Below, in pieces: positions 44,799 to 54,691 of a stretch of DNA of 64,000 nt. This DNA is from Bacteroidota bacterium (GTDB lineage Bacteria > Bacteroidota > Bacteroidia > NS11-12g > UBA955). Where the stretch lies: the NCBI GenBank assembly GCA_027488835.1, contig JAIYAW010000001.1, positions 236,254 to 300,253 of the forward strand, given 5' to 3'. How positions within the stretch are numbered: the first letter of the stretch is position 1; each line of letters begins with the position of its first letter. A program made the position numbers and the translations under genes. Under the pieces are notes generated by a model, which ran no database searches, was not told the DNA's origin, and was given only the letters and a program-made list of their open reading frames with translations.

Positions 44799-46832
44799 AT
44801 GCCTGAATTTCAATTAGAATCACCGTTTACACCCAAAGGTGATCAGCCACAAGCCATAGAACAACTGGTGAGGGGTATCAATGATGGCATTCGGTCGCAG
44901 ACCCTCTTAGGAGTTACAGGTTCAGGTAAAACTTTTACCGTTGCCAATGTAATTCAGCAAACTCAAAAACCAACCTTGGTGTTGAGTCATAATAAAACCT
45001 TGGTAGCCCAACTGTATGGAGAATTCAAACAGTTTTTCCCTAATAATTCGGTTGAGTACTTTGTAAGTTATTACGATTATTACCAGCCGGAAGCATTTAT
45101 TCCTACCACCAATACCTACATTGAAAAGGATTTAAATATCAATGAGGAAATTGAAAAAATGCGTTTAAAAACGGTTGCAACTTTACTTTCCGGAAGAAGA
45201 GATGTAATTGTTGTTGCCAGTGTCAGTTGCATTTATGGTGCGGGTAATCCTTCTGATTATGAGAATACCATCATTCGTTTGAATTTAGGACAACGAATTT
45301 CCCGTCAGCAATTATTATATCGTTTTGTAGAAAGTTTATATAGTAGAACTACGGCTGAGTTTAAACGATCTACTTTTCGCGTAAAAGGAGATACTGTAGA
45401 CATTCATTTGGCATACAACGATATTGCTTACCGCATTATTTTCTTTGGTGACGAAATTGAAGAAATGTACAGTTTCGAACCTGAATCAGGTAAGAAAATT
45501 GAGAACTTGGTTGACTGCGCCATTTATCCTGCACAGATTTATGTTTCTCCAAGGGACAGACTTGAATCGGTAATTTACCAAATTCAAGATGACTTGGTTT
45601 TGCAATTGGAAGAGTTCAAACTGCAGGGCCGACATTTAGAAGCCAAACGTTTGGAAGAGCGTGTGAACTTTGATTTGGAAATGATCCGCGAATTGGGTTA
45701 TTGCAATGGTATTGAAAATTATAGCCGTTATTTCGATAGACGAAATGCAGGAGATAGGCCATTTTGTTTGATAGATTATTTCCCTAAAGATTTTCTTTTG
45801 GTGGTGGATGAAAGCCACGTTTCTATCCCTCAAATCAGAGCCATGTATGGCGGTGATAGGTCTCGGAAAATGAACTTGGTAGATTACGGTTTCCGCTTAC
45901 CAGCTGCATTGGATAACCGACCTCTTCAGTTTGAAGAGTTTTATGGCATGATCAACCAAGCGATTTACGTAAGTGCCACTCCAGCTGATTTTGAATTGAA
46001 AGAATCTGAAGGGGTGATTATTGAGCAGTTGATACGTCCTACGGGCCTATTGGATCCTGTAATTGAAGTGCGTCCTTTGGATAACCAAGTGGATGATTTG
46101 ATTGAAGAAATTGACAAACGCATTGCAATGGGTGATCGTATTTTGGTTACTACATTAACCAAGCGTATGGCAGAAGAATTATCTAAGTACTTAGGTAAAT
46201 TAAATATCAATGTGAGTTACATCCACAGCGATGTGAAAACCATGGAGAGGGTAGAGATCCTACGCAGCTTGAGATTGGGTGTGATAGACGTTTTGATTGG
46301 TGTAAATTTATTGAGGGAAGGACTTGATTTGCCTGAAGTAAGTTTGGTGGCGATTATGGATGCGGATAAGGAGGGATTTTTGCGCAGCGAAACCAGTTTG
46401 GTGCAAACCATAGGGCGTGCAGCCAGAAACGACCGGGGTAAGGTAATTATGTATGCAAACAAAATTACCAAGAGCATGAAGAAAACCATCGATGAAACCA
46501 ACCGCCGCCGTGAGAAACAAATTGCATACAATACAGACCACGGAATTACACCTACCACGGTAATCAAGTCGAAAGATGAAATATTCCGTCAAACTGCGGT
46601 TGCTGATGGGGTGTTTAGTGATGATCCAAAAGCTTACAACTTCTATGAAACAGAAATGTCTATTGCAGCAGATCCAATCATTGCTTACATGGATAAGCCT
46701 GCTTTAGAAAAAGCGATTCTTAAAACCGAAAAGGACATGCACCGTGCTGCCAAAAACATGGAATTCATGGATGCCGCGCGCCTCCGCGACGAATTGGAAG
46801 TTTTGAGGAATAAGGTAAAAGAGATGGCTTAA
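44799..46832 (+). CDS. uvrB: Excinuclease ABC subunit B
   Basis: Walker A (GVTGSGKTFT), a beta-hairpin region (YYDYYQPEA), helicase motifs and a C-terminal UVR domain (MEFMDAARLRDEL). Confidence 0.9.
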   Translation: MPEFQLESPFTPKGDQPQAIEQLVRGINDGIRSQTLLGVTGSGKTFTVANVIQQTQKPTLVLSHNKTLVAQLYGEFKQFFPNNSVEYFVSYYDYYQPEAFIPTTNTYIEKDLNINEEIEKMRLKTVATLLSGRRDVIVVASVSCIYGAGNPSDYENTIIRLNLGQRISRQQLLYRFVESLYSRTTAEFKRSTFRVKGDTVDIHLAYNDIAYRIIFFGDEIEEMYSFEPESGKKIENLVDCAIYPAQIYVSPRDRLESVIYQIQDDLVLQLEEFKLQGRHLEAKRLEERVNFDLEMIRELGYCNGIENYSRYFDRRNAGDRPFCLIDYFPKDFLLVVDESHVSIPQIRAMYGGDRSRKMNLVDYGFRLPAALDNRPLQFEEFYGMINQAIYVSATPADFELKESEGVIIEQLIRPTGLLDPVIEVRPLDNQVDDLIEEIDKRIAMGDRILVTTLTKRMAEELSKYLGKLNINVSYIHSDVKTMERVEILRSLRLGVIDVLIGVNLLREGLDLPEVSLVAIMDADKEGFLRSETSLVQTIGRAARNDRGKVIMYANKITKSMKKTIDETNRRREKQIAYNTDHGITPTTVIKSKDEIFRQTAVADGVFSDDPKAYNFYETEMSIAADPIIAYMDKPALEKAILKTEKDMHRAAKNMEFMDAARLRDELEVLRNKVKEMA

Positions 46833-46840
46833 AAAATCGC

Positions 46841-47779
46841 CTACATCTTTATCCCAATTTCAGCAGTCCTTACTTCACTTACACAAAAGAAGCCTCCTAT
46901 TGGTGGTGGGTTTTTAGGATCTTTTATTTTAAAGCTGAATGGATTACTCGGATTAGTAAACGATACCGAATAGAAACAATAGTTTGGAATGTTCACGGGA
47001 GGTGTTGCAAACAAACCACTGTTGCGGTTTTCATTCACAACCAAACTAAACCAGAAATAACACAACTGATTGATGGAATGGACTTCAACACGAACCTTGT
47101 CACCATCAAAATAAGGTCTTTGGAATTTATTGATTCCGCTGAATCTCTTTGGATAAATAAACAAACCCCCATCTTGCTGAGGTGATCCATTGCCCATATC
47201 TTGCGATATGTTTAATTTCTGCACTTCATTGTAAAATGAATCATTTCTGAAGGTTTTTATCCAATAGTAATTACCTGGTCCTGTTAAGTCTTTGGCAAAT
47301 AATTCAACAAATTTTCCTGGTCTTATCTGTGGGGGACCATTGCCTTCGGTTGGAACTGTGCGTAAACTATCGAACATTGTAATAGTAGGATTCATGTGGG
47401 AAAAGCTCAAAAGCGTATCCTCTTTGGTAATAACCAACAAGGCATAGGTATGACCAACAGTAAATGTATCGCCGGTATTTTTATTTGGTTTCCATTCGTA
47501 ATTCCCGTTTGTTGTATATACAAAAGGGAAAACCTTTAATGTGGCTGAATCTGCAATGATTACAGTGGCATCTGTAACCGGTGGTTCAGTGTTGCTTGAA
47601 TCGAAGTAATTGATACTTTTTGTTAAACGTATTTTTTGAACCGTGTCAAGATTATTTACAAATGCGTCAATGACAAGTTTTACTTGTGACTGTGTAACAT
47701 CTACTTTAATAATATCTTCGCATGATCCCAATGTTAACATTGCGAATAAAATGAAGCTGATTTGTTTGATTGCTTTCAT
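46841..47779 (-). CDS. DUF4249 family lipoprotein (partner of the upstream TonB-dependent receptor)
   Basis: Lipoprotein signal (MKAIKQISFILFAMLTLGSCE) from ATG 47779. The track start at 47794 would overlap the receptor stop. Confidence 0.5.
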   Translation of the reverse strand: MKAIKQISFILFAMLTLGSCEDIIKVDVTQSQVKLVIDAFVNNLDTVQKIRLTKSINYFDSSNTEPPVTDATVIIADSATLKVFPFVYTTNGNYEWKPNKNTGDTFTVGHTYALLVITKEDTLLSFSHMNPTITMFDSLRTVPTEGNGPPQIRPGKFVELFAKDLTGPGNYYWIKTFRNDSFYNEVQKLNISQDMGNGSPQQDGGLFIYPKRFSGINKFQRPYFDGDKVRVEVHSINQLCYFWFSLVVNENRNSGLFATPPVNIPNYCFYSVSFTNPSNPFSFKIKDPKNPPPIGGFFCVSEVRTAEIGIKM

Positions 47780-47784
47780 GTTTT

Positions 47785-50133
47785 TTATCTCCATTTAAAA
47801 TTGTAAGCTATCGCAGGAATGAATCCCCCAATAACACTGAATTGAATTGCTTTGTTCTGACCCAAATTGCCGTAATTGGTAGAGAAATAAATAGAAAAAG
47901 GATTTCTTCTGTTGTAGGCGTTGTATACTGAGAATACCCAGCTAGATTCCCAATTTTTCGTTTTCTTTACATTGTAAGTAGCAGAAAGGTCTAATCTGTG
48001 GTAGTTGGGGTTGCGTACGTTGTTTCTGGTATTGTTTCCTGCATCTGGAATTGTATATCCTTGAACATTATATTGCCCACTATAAAAGGTGGTAGGTGTT
48101 CCAGAACTGAATACAAAGTTTGCTGCAAATTCCCATTTATCGCTATGTTTATATTGTGCAACAATATATAAGTTATTCAAACGATCGAAACGGTTTGGAT
48201 ACCAATTGCCATTGCTGATTCCTGTAACTTGACGCTCACTTCTAGATAAGGTATAACTAATCCAACCTGTGAGTTTACCAGTATTTTTCTTCAAATACAA
48301 TTCTAAGCCATATGATCTTCCTTTGCCGCTAAATAATTCTCCCTCTAAATATCTGTTCAGCAACAAATTTGCGCCGTCAATGTAATCAATTTGATTTTGT
48401 AATGCTTTATAATAGGTTTCAACTGAAGCTTCATAATCGTTGTTTTTGCCACTGAAATTTTTGAAGTACCCAATAGTCAATTGGTCTGCTATTTCAGGTT
48501 TGATATTGTTTGTAGATGGTGTCCATACATCAAATGGAACACTTGCAGCTGTGTTTGAAATCAGATGTAAGTTCTGAACCATGCGGTTATATCCACCTTT
48601 GATAGACGCAGATTTATTTACTGCGTATTTGAATCCCAAGCGTGGTTCCCAATTGAAATAATTGGCAATAACTTCATTGTTTTCTGCAACACTGGTAGAG
48701 GTTACAATTTTTCTTTGTCCCACCAACGGATCTTTGAACGTATAATAATTTCCTTTACCTAAATACAAAAACTGACTCAGTCTCAGTCCAGCACGAACTG
48801 AAAATTTGCCGGTTGAATTGATATCTGAGGTTACATAAGCAGCGTTTTCCATTCCGTATTTGTCGGGCAAGCTGAAACTTCTAGATTCACCGTTGGTAAT
48901 AGACGTGGCATTGCCTGGAATGAAGTTGTAGTAAGTGCTTTGAACTCCAGTTCCAATTTCAACTTTCGGACTGAGATAATATTTTAAATCGCCTTTAACA
49001 CTGTTGTTGATGATGTAGCTATACCAATTAAAGGAAGCATCATTTGAACCAAATTCGAGATTATATCGGTAACGGCTATAATAGTAAGTGAAGTTTGAGA
49101 AGAGTTTTTTGTTAAAGATATGATTCCAACGAGCAGTTAACGTGGTATTTCCCCATTTCACACCAAAGGCATTTGCAGCATAAAAGATGTCATCGCCGAT
49201 GTAAGATGAAACAAAGAAAGTATTCATTGCATTATAGTTATAATTCAGTTTGGTTGTAAGGTCATAGAAATAGAATCTTGAATCTTTTAAACCTTCATTT
49301 AATAATGGCTTTGCCAATATATCTACATAGCTTCTTCTTCCAGAAACCATAAAGCTCGCTTTGTTTTTAACAATAGGCCCTTCTAGGGTAAGTCGGCTAA
49401 AAATTGTACCTACTCCACCATTGGCTTGGAATTGTTTCTTATTTCCATCACGGGTTAAAACTTCCAAAACAGAACTTAATCGGCCACCGTAGTTTGCAGG
49501 AATTCCACCTTTGATGAGTTGTACATCTTTTACGGCATCTGGATTGAATATGCTAAAGAATCCGAATAGATGGGCAGAATTGAAAACAGGAGCTTCATCC
49601 ATAAGTACCAAATTTTGATCAATGGCACCACCTCGCACATTAAAACCTGAGGCACCTTCACCTACTGTGGTTACACCGGGTAAAAGTTGAACACTTTTGA
49701 TAACATCGGCTTCCCCCAAAAACGCAGGAATCTTTTTAATGGTTTTTCCGCTGATTGTTTGGGTAGAAATGTCAATCTTTTTAACATTGTCGTTCTTTTT
49801 TGCACGAATATTTACCTCTTGAATGGTTTCGGATTCGGGAAGCAAAACAATGGTAATTTGTTTGTTTTTATCTAGTTCAATAGTTAAGTCAGATTGATTA
49901 AAACCGCCGGCAGCTATAGAAATTTCATATTTCCCTTTTTCTATTGTAAAACTAAAAAAACCGTAGTTGTTAGAAACGGCCGTTGTTTTGTTGTTTTTTA
50001 TAGAAATAAATGCATTGTTAATGGTTTCGCCATTGGCACTATCTTTCACAAAACCGCTTAGGGTATATTTTTGTGCTTGGACTTGAAAAAATATTGTAAA
50101 AAATATTAGAATTAAAACTGCTCTGCGTAACAT
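47785..50133 (-). CDS. TonB-dependent receptor (CarbopepD_reg-like domain, plug and barrel)
   Basis: Signal peptide from ATG 50133 (MLRRAVLILIFFTIFFQVQAQ); KYTLSGFVKDSANGE... regulatory-like domain; plug (DVIKSVQLLPGV...GFNVRGG); a barrel ending ...NFKWR. The track start is 50160. Confidence 0.8.
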   Translation of the reverse strand: MLRRAVLILIFFTIFFQVQAQKYTLSGFVKDSANGETINNAFISIKNNKTTAVSNNYGFFSFTIEKGKYEISIAAGGFNQSDLTIELDKNKQITIVLLPESETIQEVNIRAKKNDNVKKIDISTQTISGKTIKKIPAFLGEADVIKSVQLLPGVTTVGEGASGFNVRGGAIDQNLVLMDEAPVFNSAHLFGFFSIFNPDAVKDVQLIKGGIPANYGGRLSSVLEVLTRDGNKKQFQANGGVGTIFSRLTLEGPIVKNKASFMVSGRRSYVDILAKPLLNEGLKDSRFYFYDLTTKLNYNYNAMNTFFVSSYIGDDIFYAANAFGVKWGNTTLTARWNHIFNKKLFSNFTYYYSRYRYNLEFGSNDASFNWYSYIINNSVKGDLKYYLSPKVEIGTGVQSTYYNFIPGNATSITNGESRSFSLPDKYGMENAAYVTSDINSTGKFSVRAGLRLSQFLYLGKGNYYTFKDPLVGQRKIVTSTSVAENNEVIANYFNWEPRLGFKYAVNKSASIKGGYNRMVQNLHLISNTAASVPFDVWTPSTNNIKPEIADQLTIGYFKNFSGKNNDYEASVETYYKALQNQIDYIDGANLLLNRYLEGELFSGKGRSYGLELYLKKNTGKLTGWISYTLSRSERQVTGISNGNWYPNRFDRLNNLYIVAQYKHSDKWEFAANFVFSSGTPTTFYSGQYNVQGYTIPDAGNNTRNNVRNPNYHRLDLSATYNVKKTKNWESSWVFSVYNAYNRRNPFSIYFSTNYGNLGQNKAIQFSVIGGFIPAIAYNFKWR

Positions 50134-50272
50134 TGGATACAAAGTTAAATTAAATCCCATGAATCTTTGTATAACATCGGTTTAAGTAGGTAAAAAGGCG
50201 ATAAATTTTGCAAGTTGCTTCAAAATGATTCCTTTTTTATTTTTAGGGACGAGATGAGGTTTGAATAAAAAC

Positions 50273-50305
50273 AAAAAAAGGTTGCCCTAGAGCAACCTTT
50301 TAAAT
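50273..50305 (-). terminator. Rho-independent terminator downstream of gltA
   Basis: AAAGGTTGC-CCTAGA-GCAACCTTT hairpin (9-bp stem). On the minus strand it is followed by a T-tract (TTTTTTTGTTTTT). Confidence 0.7.
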
Positions 50306-50320
50306 ATATGAAAAGTTCAA

Positions 50321-51610
50321 TTATCTATCTTTCATTGCCACGAAAGGACGTGGAGCTTCGCCGGTATATATTTGGCGAGGGCGTGCAATTGGTTGCTTTT
50401 CTCTACGCATTTCTTGCCATTGGCTGATCCAACCTGGTAGACGGCCTAATGCAAACAATACAGTGAAGAAATCTGTTGGGAAGCCTAGGGCTCTATAAAT
50501 AATTCCAGAATAGAAATCTACATTAGGGAACAATTTTCTTTCAACGAAGTAAGGATCGTTCAACGCAGTTTCTTCAAGTTTTTTCGCAATTTCAAGAATT
50601 GGATCGCTAACACCTAATTTTTCAAGAACATCATCGCATGCTTTTTTGATAATTTTTGCGCGAGGGTCGAAGTTTTTGTATACGCGGTGACCAAATCCCA
50701 TCAAACGGAAAGAATCGTTTTTGTCTTTTGCTTTGTTAATCCATTTTTCAACGTCGCCACCATCTTCTTTAATTTGCTCAAGCATCTCCAATACTTCTTG
50801 GTTAGCACCGCCATGTAATGGACCCCAAAGGGCGTTAATGCCGGCAGAGATACTGCTATATAAATTAGATTGGCTACTACCTACCATTCTTACTGTGCTT
50901 GCAGAACAGTTTTGTTCGTGATCTGCGTGAAGAATAAGAAGTTTGTTCATGGCGCTTACAATTACTGGATCTGGCGTATAATCTGGCTCAGTAACTTGAC
51001 CAAAGGTCATGTTCAAGTAATTGGTAACATAGTCCATATTGTTTCTTGGGAAAACGATAGGGTGGCCATGACGTTTTTTATAGATCATTGCACAGATGGT
51101 AGGCATTTTTGCAAGCAAACGAATAACGGTACGGTTGATTGCATCCTCATCTCTGTGTGGATTTAAACTTTTTGGGTAAAACAAACTTAAGGCAGAGATC
51201 ATGCTGCTCAATTGTCCCATTGGGTGACTCCCTGTTGGGAATGCTTTGAACATGGCTTCTAGGCCTTCGTTTACCAAAGTATGCTCAGAAATTTTATCTT
51301 CAAAATCTTTTAGTTGTGCTTCTGTAGGAAGTTCACCATGCAACAACAAATATGAAACTTCTAAAAAGCTACATTTGTCTGCCAACTCTTCTATGCTGTA
51401 ACCACGGTGTCTTAGTATTCCTTCTTCACCATCTAAAAAAGTTATCTTGCTAGTGGTTGCACCTGTGTTTTTATAACCAATGTCTAAGGTAATATAACCG
51501 GTTAAATCTCTTAATTTATTGATATCAATGGCCTTTTCTCCTTCTGAACCAAGGATAACGGGTAGTTCGATTTCTTTTCCCTCTAGAATGATTTTTACTG
51601 TTTCAGACAT
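50321..51610 (-). CDS. gltA: Citrate synthase
   Basis: 429 aa from ATG 51610 (MSETVKI...); conserved GFGHRVYK and His/Asp catalytic blocks. A TATATTTG box lies about 31 nt upstream. The track start is 51670. Confidence 0.9.
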   Translation of the reverse strand: MSETVKIILEGKEIELPVILGSEGEKAIDINKLRDLTGYITLDIGYKNTGATTSKITFLDGEEGILRHRGYSIEELADKCSFLEVSYLLLHGELPTEAQLKDFEDKISEHTLVNEGLEAMFKAFPTGSHPMGQLSSMISALSLFYPKSLNPHRDEDAINRTVIRLLAKMPTICAMIYKKRHGHPIVFPRNNMDYVTNYLNMTFGQVTEPDYTPDPVIVSAMNKLLILHADHEQNCSASTVRMVGSSQSNLYSSISAGINALWGPLHGGANQEVLEMLEQIKEDGGDVEKWINKAKDKNDSFRLMGFGHRVYKNFDPRAKIIKKACDDVLEKLGVSDPILEIAKKLEETALNDPYFVERKLFPNVDFYSGIIYRALGFPTDFFTVLFALGRLPGWISQWQEMRREKQPIARPRQIYTGEAPRPFVAMKDR

Positions 51611-51640
51611 GTTGTTTTTGGCTGTTTTTATGAAGTTGTG

Positions 51641-51648
51641 CAAATATA
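51641..51648 (-). promoter_or_regulatory. -7 box TATATTTG, about 31 nt upstream of the gltA ATG (51610)
   Basis: Minus strand reads CTATATTTGCACAACTTCATAAAAACAGCCAAAAACAACATG. Confidence 0.35.
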
Positions 51649-51774
51649 GATTAAACAAATCTTGCCACAAAAAGTTTGGTCGAACAAATGAATTGTTTTA
51701 AAGGGAAGTTTATCACAAAATATCACGAAAATGTTGAAAACCCCCAAAGGGTATTTCTTTCACAGGTTTGAAGG

Positions 51775-52032
51775 TTATTTCAACGCGTTAATTTCGTCTA
51801 TGCCTTTTGCTGTAAGTTGGAATCTTGTTTTCTTAATTCCATCCACATCAAAACTATTTTGGCGTTGATTTGAAGCATTCAAAGATTGGATATACCCATA
51901 GTGAAACAATTGACGAATAATGTCAATTCCAACTTTTTGGGGTAGCCCCGATTCTTGAATAATGTTTTCGGCGTTTTCTGCGTGAATTAAAAGATTGAGA
52001 ATCATTAATTCATCAGCCCCAATTTCAAACAT
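51775..52032 (-). CDS. Small hypothetical protein (85 aa) coupled to lysS
   Basis: The ATG lies 3 nt after the lysS stop on the same strand and there is no competing ORF. No family is recognised. Confidence 0.4.
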   Translation of the reverse strand: MFEIGADELMILNLLIHAENAENIIQESGLPQKVGIDIIRQLFHYGYIQSLNASNQRQNSFDVDGIKKTRFQLTAKGIDEINALK

Positions 52033-52035
52033 AGA

Positions 52036-53550
52036 TTAATCGAATTTTTCTTGTCGCATTTGAGGGAAAAATAACACTTCTTGAATAGAAGATTGGTTGG
52101 TCAGCATCATGGTTAAACGATCAATACCTACACCCAATCCGCTAGTTGGCGGCATGCCATACTCAAGGGCTCTAATGAAATCTGAATCCATAGCCATTGC
52201 TTCTTCGTCGCCTCTTGCAGCCAATACGAGTTGCTCTTCGAAACGCGCTTTTTGCTCAATAGGATCGTTCAACTCGCTATATGCATTTGCAATTTCTTTT
52301 CCGTTTACAAACAATTCAAAACGCTCTACCAATCCTTCTTTGCTTCTATGCTTTTTGGTAAGTGGACTCATTTCAATTGGATAATCGGTAATGAAAGTTG
52401 GCTGTATCAAATGTTTTTCTGCCGAAGCACCAAAAATTTCATCCACCAATTTGCCATAACCCATCTGTGAAGTTACCTCACAACCAATAGATTTTGCAAA
52501 TTCGCCTAATTCAGCTTCTGTTTTTCCTTCAATATTAAAGTTGGCATATTTCTGAATAGACTCAGCCATAGTTAATCGTTGGTATGGACGTGCAAAAGAT
52601 ATTTCGTTTTCACCAACAGTTGCCGTGGTTGAACCATTTACGTCCATGGCGCATTTTTCAATCATTTCTTCCACGAAGTCCATCATCCAGAAATAATCTT
52701 TGTATGCTACATAGATTTCTAAACCTGTAAATTCAGGATTGTGGGTTCTATCAATTCCTTCATTTCTGAAGTTTTTAGCAAATTCGTAAACACCATCAAA
52801 TCCACCTACAATTAAACGCTTTAGGTAAAGTTCGTTTGCAATCCGCAAATAAAGTTTCATGTCTAATGCGTTGTGGTGGGTTTCAAAAGGACGTGCAGCA
52901 GCACCACCATGAATACTTTGTAAAATTGGTGTTTCAACTTCTAAATATCCGCGGTCATTGAAAGTATTACGCAAGCTTTGAACAATTTTGCTGCGTTTGA
53001 TAAAGGTTTCTTTATTTTGAGCATTTACAACCAAATCTACGTAGCGCATGCGTGCACGTGATTCAGGATCGGTAAATGCATCATAAACCACACCGTCTTT
53101 TTCTTTTGGAAGAGGCAACGGGTTTAGGCATTTTGAAAGTAAAGTAATTTTGCTTGCATGGATAGAAATTTCACCTGTTTGTGTTGTGAAAACATATCCC
53201 TCAACACCAATAAAATCGCCAATATCAAGCAATTTTTTAAATACAGTGTTGTACATTTCTTTGTCTTCTTCAGGACAAATTTCATCTCTATTTACATATA
53301 CTTGAATTTTAGAAGTGCTGTCTTGAATAGAAGCAAATGCAGCTTTACCCATGATTCTTCTGGCCATCATTCTACCCGCAACAATAACCTGCTTAAATTT
53401 GTCAGGATTGGTGGGATATTCATTTCTGATTTCCTCTGCAGTAGTATTTACAGGATATAAAGCTGCTGGATAAGGATCAATGCCCAATGCTCTTAATTGC
53501 TCTAGAGATTGTCTGCGTAATAGTTGTTGTTCGTTTAAAGAAAGTTCCAT
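52036..53550 (-). CDS. lysS: Lysine--tRNA ligase (class II)
   Basis: An OB-fold anticodon-binding N-terminus and class II motifs (FRNEGID...; [15 protein letters not shown]). Confidence 0.9.
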   Translation of the reverse strand: MELSLNEQQLLRRQSLEQLRALGIDPYPAALYPVNTTAEEIRNEYPTNPDKFKQVIVAGRMMARRIMGKAAFASIQDSTSKIQVYVNRDEICPEEDKEMYNTVFKKLLDIGDFIGVEGYVFTTQTGEISIHASKITLLSKCLNPLPLPKEKDGVVYDAFTDPESRARMRYVDLVVNAQNKETFIKRSKIVQSLRNTFNDRGYLEVETPILQSIHGGAAARPFETHHNALDMKLYLRIANELYLKRLIVGGFDGVYEFAKNFRNEGIDRTHNPEFTGLEIYVAYKDYFWMMDFVEEMIEKCAMDVNGSTTATVGENEISFARPYQRLTMAESIQKYANFNIEGKTEAELGEFAKSIGCEVTSQMGYGKLVDEIFGASAEKHLIQPTFITDYPIEMSPLTKKHRSKEGLVERFELFVNGKEIANAYSELNDPIEQKARFEEQLVLAARGDEEAMAMDSDFIRALEYGMPPTSGLGVGIDRLTMMLTNQSSIQEVLFFPQMRQEKFD

Positions 53551-53561
53551 TGAAAGTACTG

Positions 53562-53569
53562 CAAAATTA
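53562..53569 (-). promoter_or_regulatory. -7 box TAATTTTG, 11 nt upstream of the lysS ATG
   Basis: Minus strand reads GTTAATTTTGCAGTACTTTCAATG. It shares the TTTGCAGTA extension seen at purK and uvrB. Confidence 0.35.
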
Positions 53570-53589
53570 ACCTTTGAAATTTAGGAAGT

Positions 53590-54294
53590 CTAATTTTCTT
53601 GGGTATTTATTTCTGATTGTGATTCAGGTTTGTTTAAAACAATTGAGGGAGAAGGCAAAGAGAATTTCTTTTGACCTATTATCATGATGGCTACACCAAC
53701 GGTGATACAAGCATCGGCGAAGTTCCAAATAGGTGCAAAAAAGGTAAATAATTCACCACCCCAAAATGGCATCCAATTGGGAAAAACACCCTCCCACATG
53801 GGTGCGTAGAACATATCAACCACTTGTCCTTCAAACCATTTTCCGGGATATGCATTCATAAAATGACTGGTAGTTTCCCATGGCATCATTGCCCTGTCTC
53901 CAAAATAGTATCCATAAAATACGGAGTCAATAATATTCCCAATTGCGCCCGCCAAAACAAGCGAAACTGCAATGAGTAAGCCAATATGACCTTTGTTCTT
54001 AATAATTGCCGTTAGGTACCATATACCAAAACCCGAAACAATAATTCTGAAGAATGTGAGAATGAGTTTACCAATGGTGCCACCACCGAAAAGTTTCATA
54101 CCAAAGGCCATACCTTCATTTTCTATGAAATAGATTTTGAACCAATTGCCAAAAATCGGGTATGATTCACCATAAATAAAATGAGTTTTTACATAAATTT
54201 TAATGATTTGATCAATTAAAATCGCCGAAAAAAGCACACCAAAAGCCCACCAAAATTTTGGTGAGTGAAACCATTTTGAATGAACCTGACTCAA
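53590..54294 (-). CDS. lspA: Lipoprotein signal peptidase II
   Basis: Four-TM protein with conserved LspA blocks (NxGxAFG: IENEGMAFGM; FNxAD: NFADACI). Confidence 0.85.
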   Translation of the reverse strand: MSQVHSKWFHSPKFWWAFGVLFSAILIDQIIKIYVKTHFIYGESYPIFGNWFKIYFIENEGMAFGMKLFGGGTIGKLILTFFRIIVSGFGIWYLTAIIKNKGHIGLLIAVSLVLAGAIGNIIDSVFYGYYFGDRAMMPWETTSHFMNAYPGKWFEGQVVDMFYAPMWEGVFPNWMPFWGGELFTFFAPIWNFADACITVGVAIMIIGQKKFSLPSPSIVLNKPESQSEINTQEN

Positions 54295-54298
54295 AAGA

Positions 54299-54670
54299 TT
54301 ATTTTTTAAGTTTGGCTTCTATGGTTTGAGTAGTATGAGGCACTGCGCGCAAACGTTCTTTTGGAATAAGTTTGCCCGAAGTTTTGCAAATACCATACGT
54401 TTTGTTTTGAATTCTCACCATAGCTGCTTCCAAACTTTTAATAAATTTAAGTTGGTGAGCTGCCAAATGGTTCAAATTTTCTTTTTCAGCCGTGTCTGCT
54501 CCGTCATCTAAAGTTAGGTAATTGTTATTGGTGCTATCAGCCCCATTTTCATTCCCATCTTTTAAATTTCCTTGCAACGTGCGGAATTCGGCTTTGGCAC
54601 TGTCAAGTTTTTGAGCAATTAGCAATCTAAACTCTTCCAATTCTTCGTCGGTGTAACGTGTTTTTTCCAT
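54299..54670 (-). CDS. TraR/DksA-family transcriptional regulator
   Basis: 123-aa coiled-coil protein with a C-terminal DksA-like region (YGICKTSGKLIPKERL). It occupies the conserved ileS–dksA-like–lspA arrangement. Confidence 0.65.
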   Translation of the reverse strand: MEKTRYTDEELEEFRLLIAQKLDSAKAEFRTLQGNLKDGNENGADSTNNNYLTLDDGADTAEKENLNHLAAHQLKFIKSLEAAMVRIQNKTYGICKTSGKLIPKERLRAVPHTTQTIEAKLKK

Positions 54671-54691
54671 GGTTATTCTTGGATATTGGTC

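Noticed and set aside
51700-51760. Intrinsic terminator after the small lysS-coupled ORF (ACCC-TTTG-GGGT)
   Set aside because: The stem is only 4 bp with a short U-run, which is too weak to call. Transcription may read through towards gltA's promoter region or be Rho-terminated.
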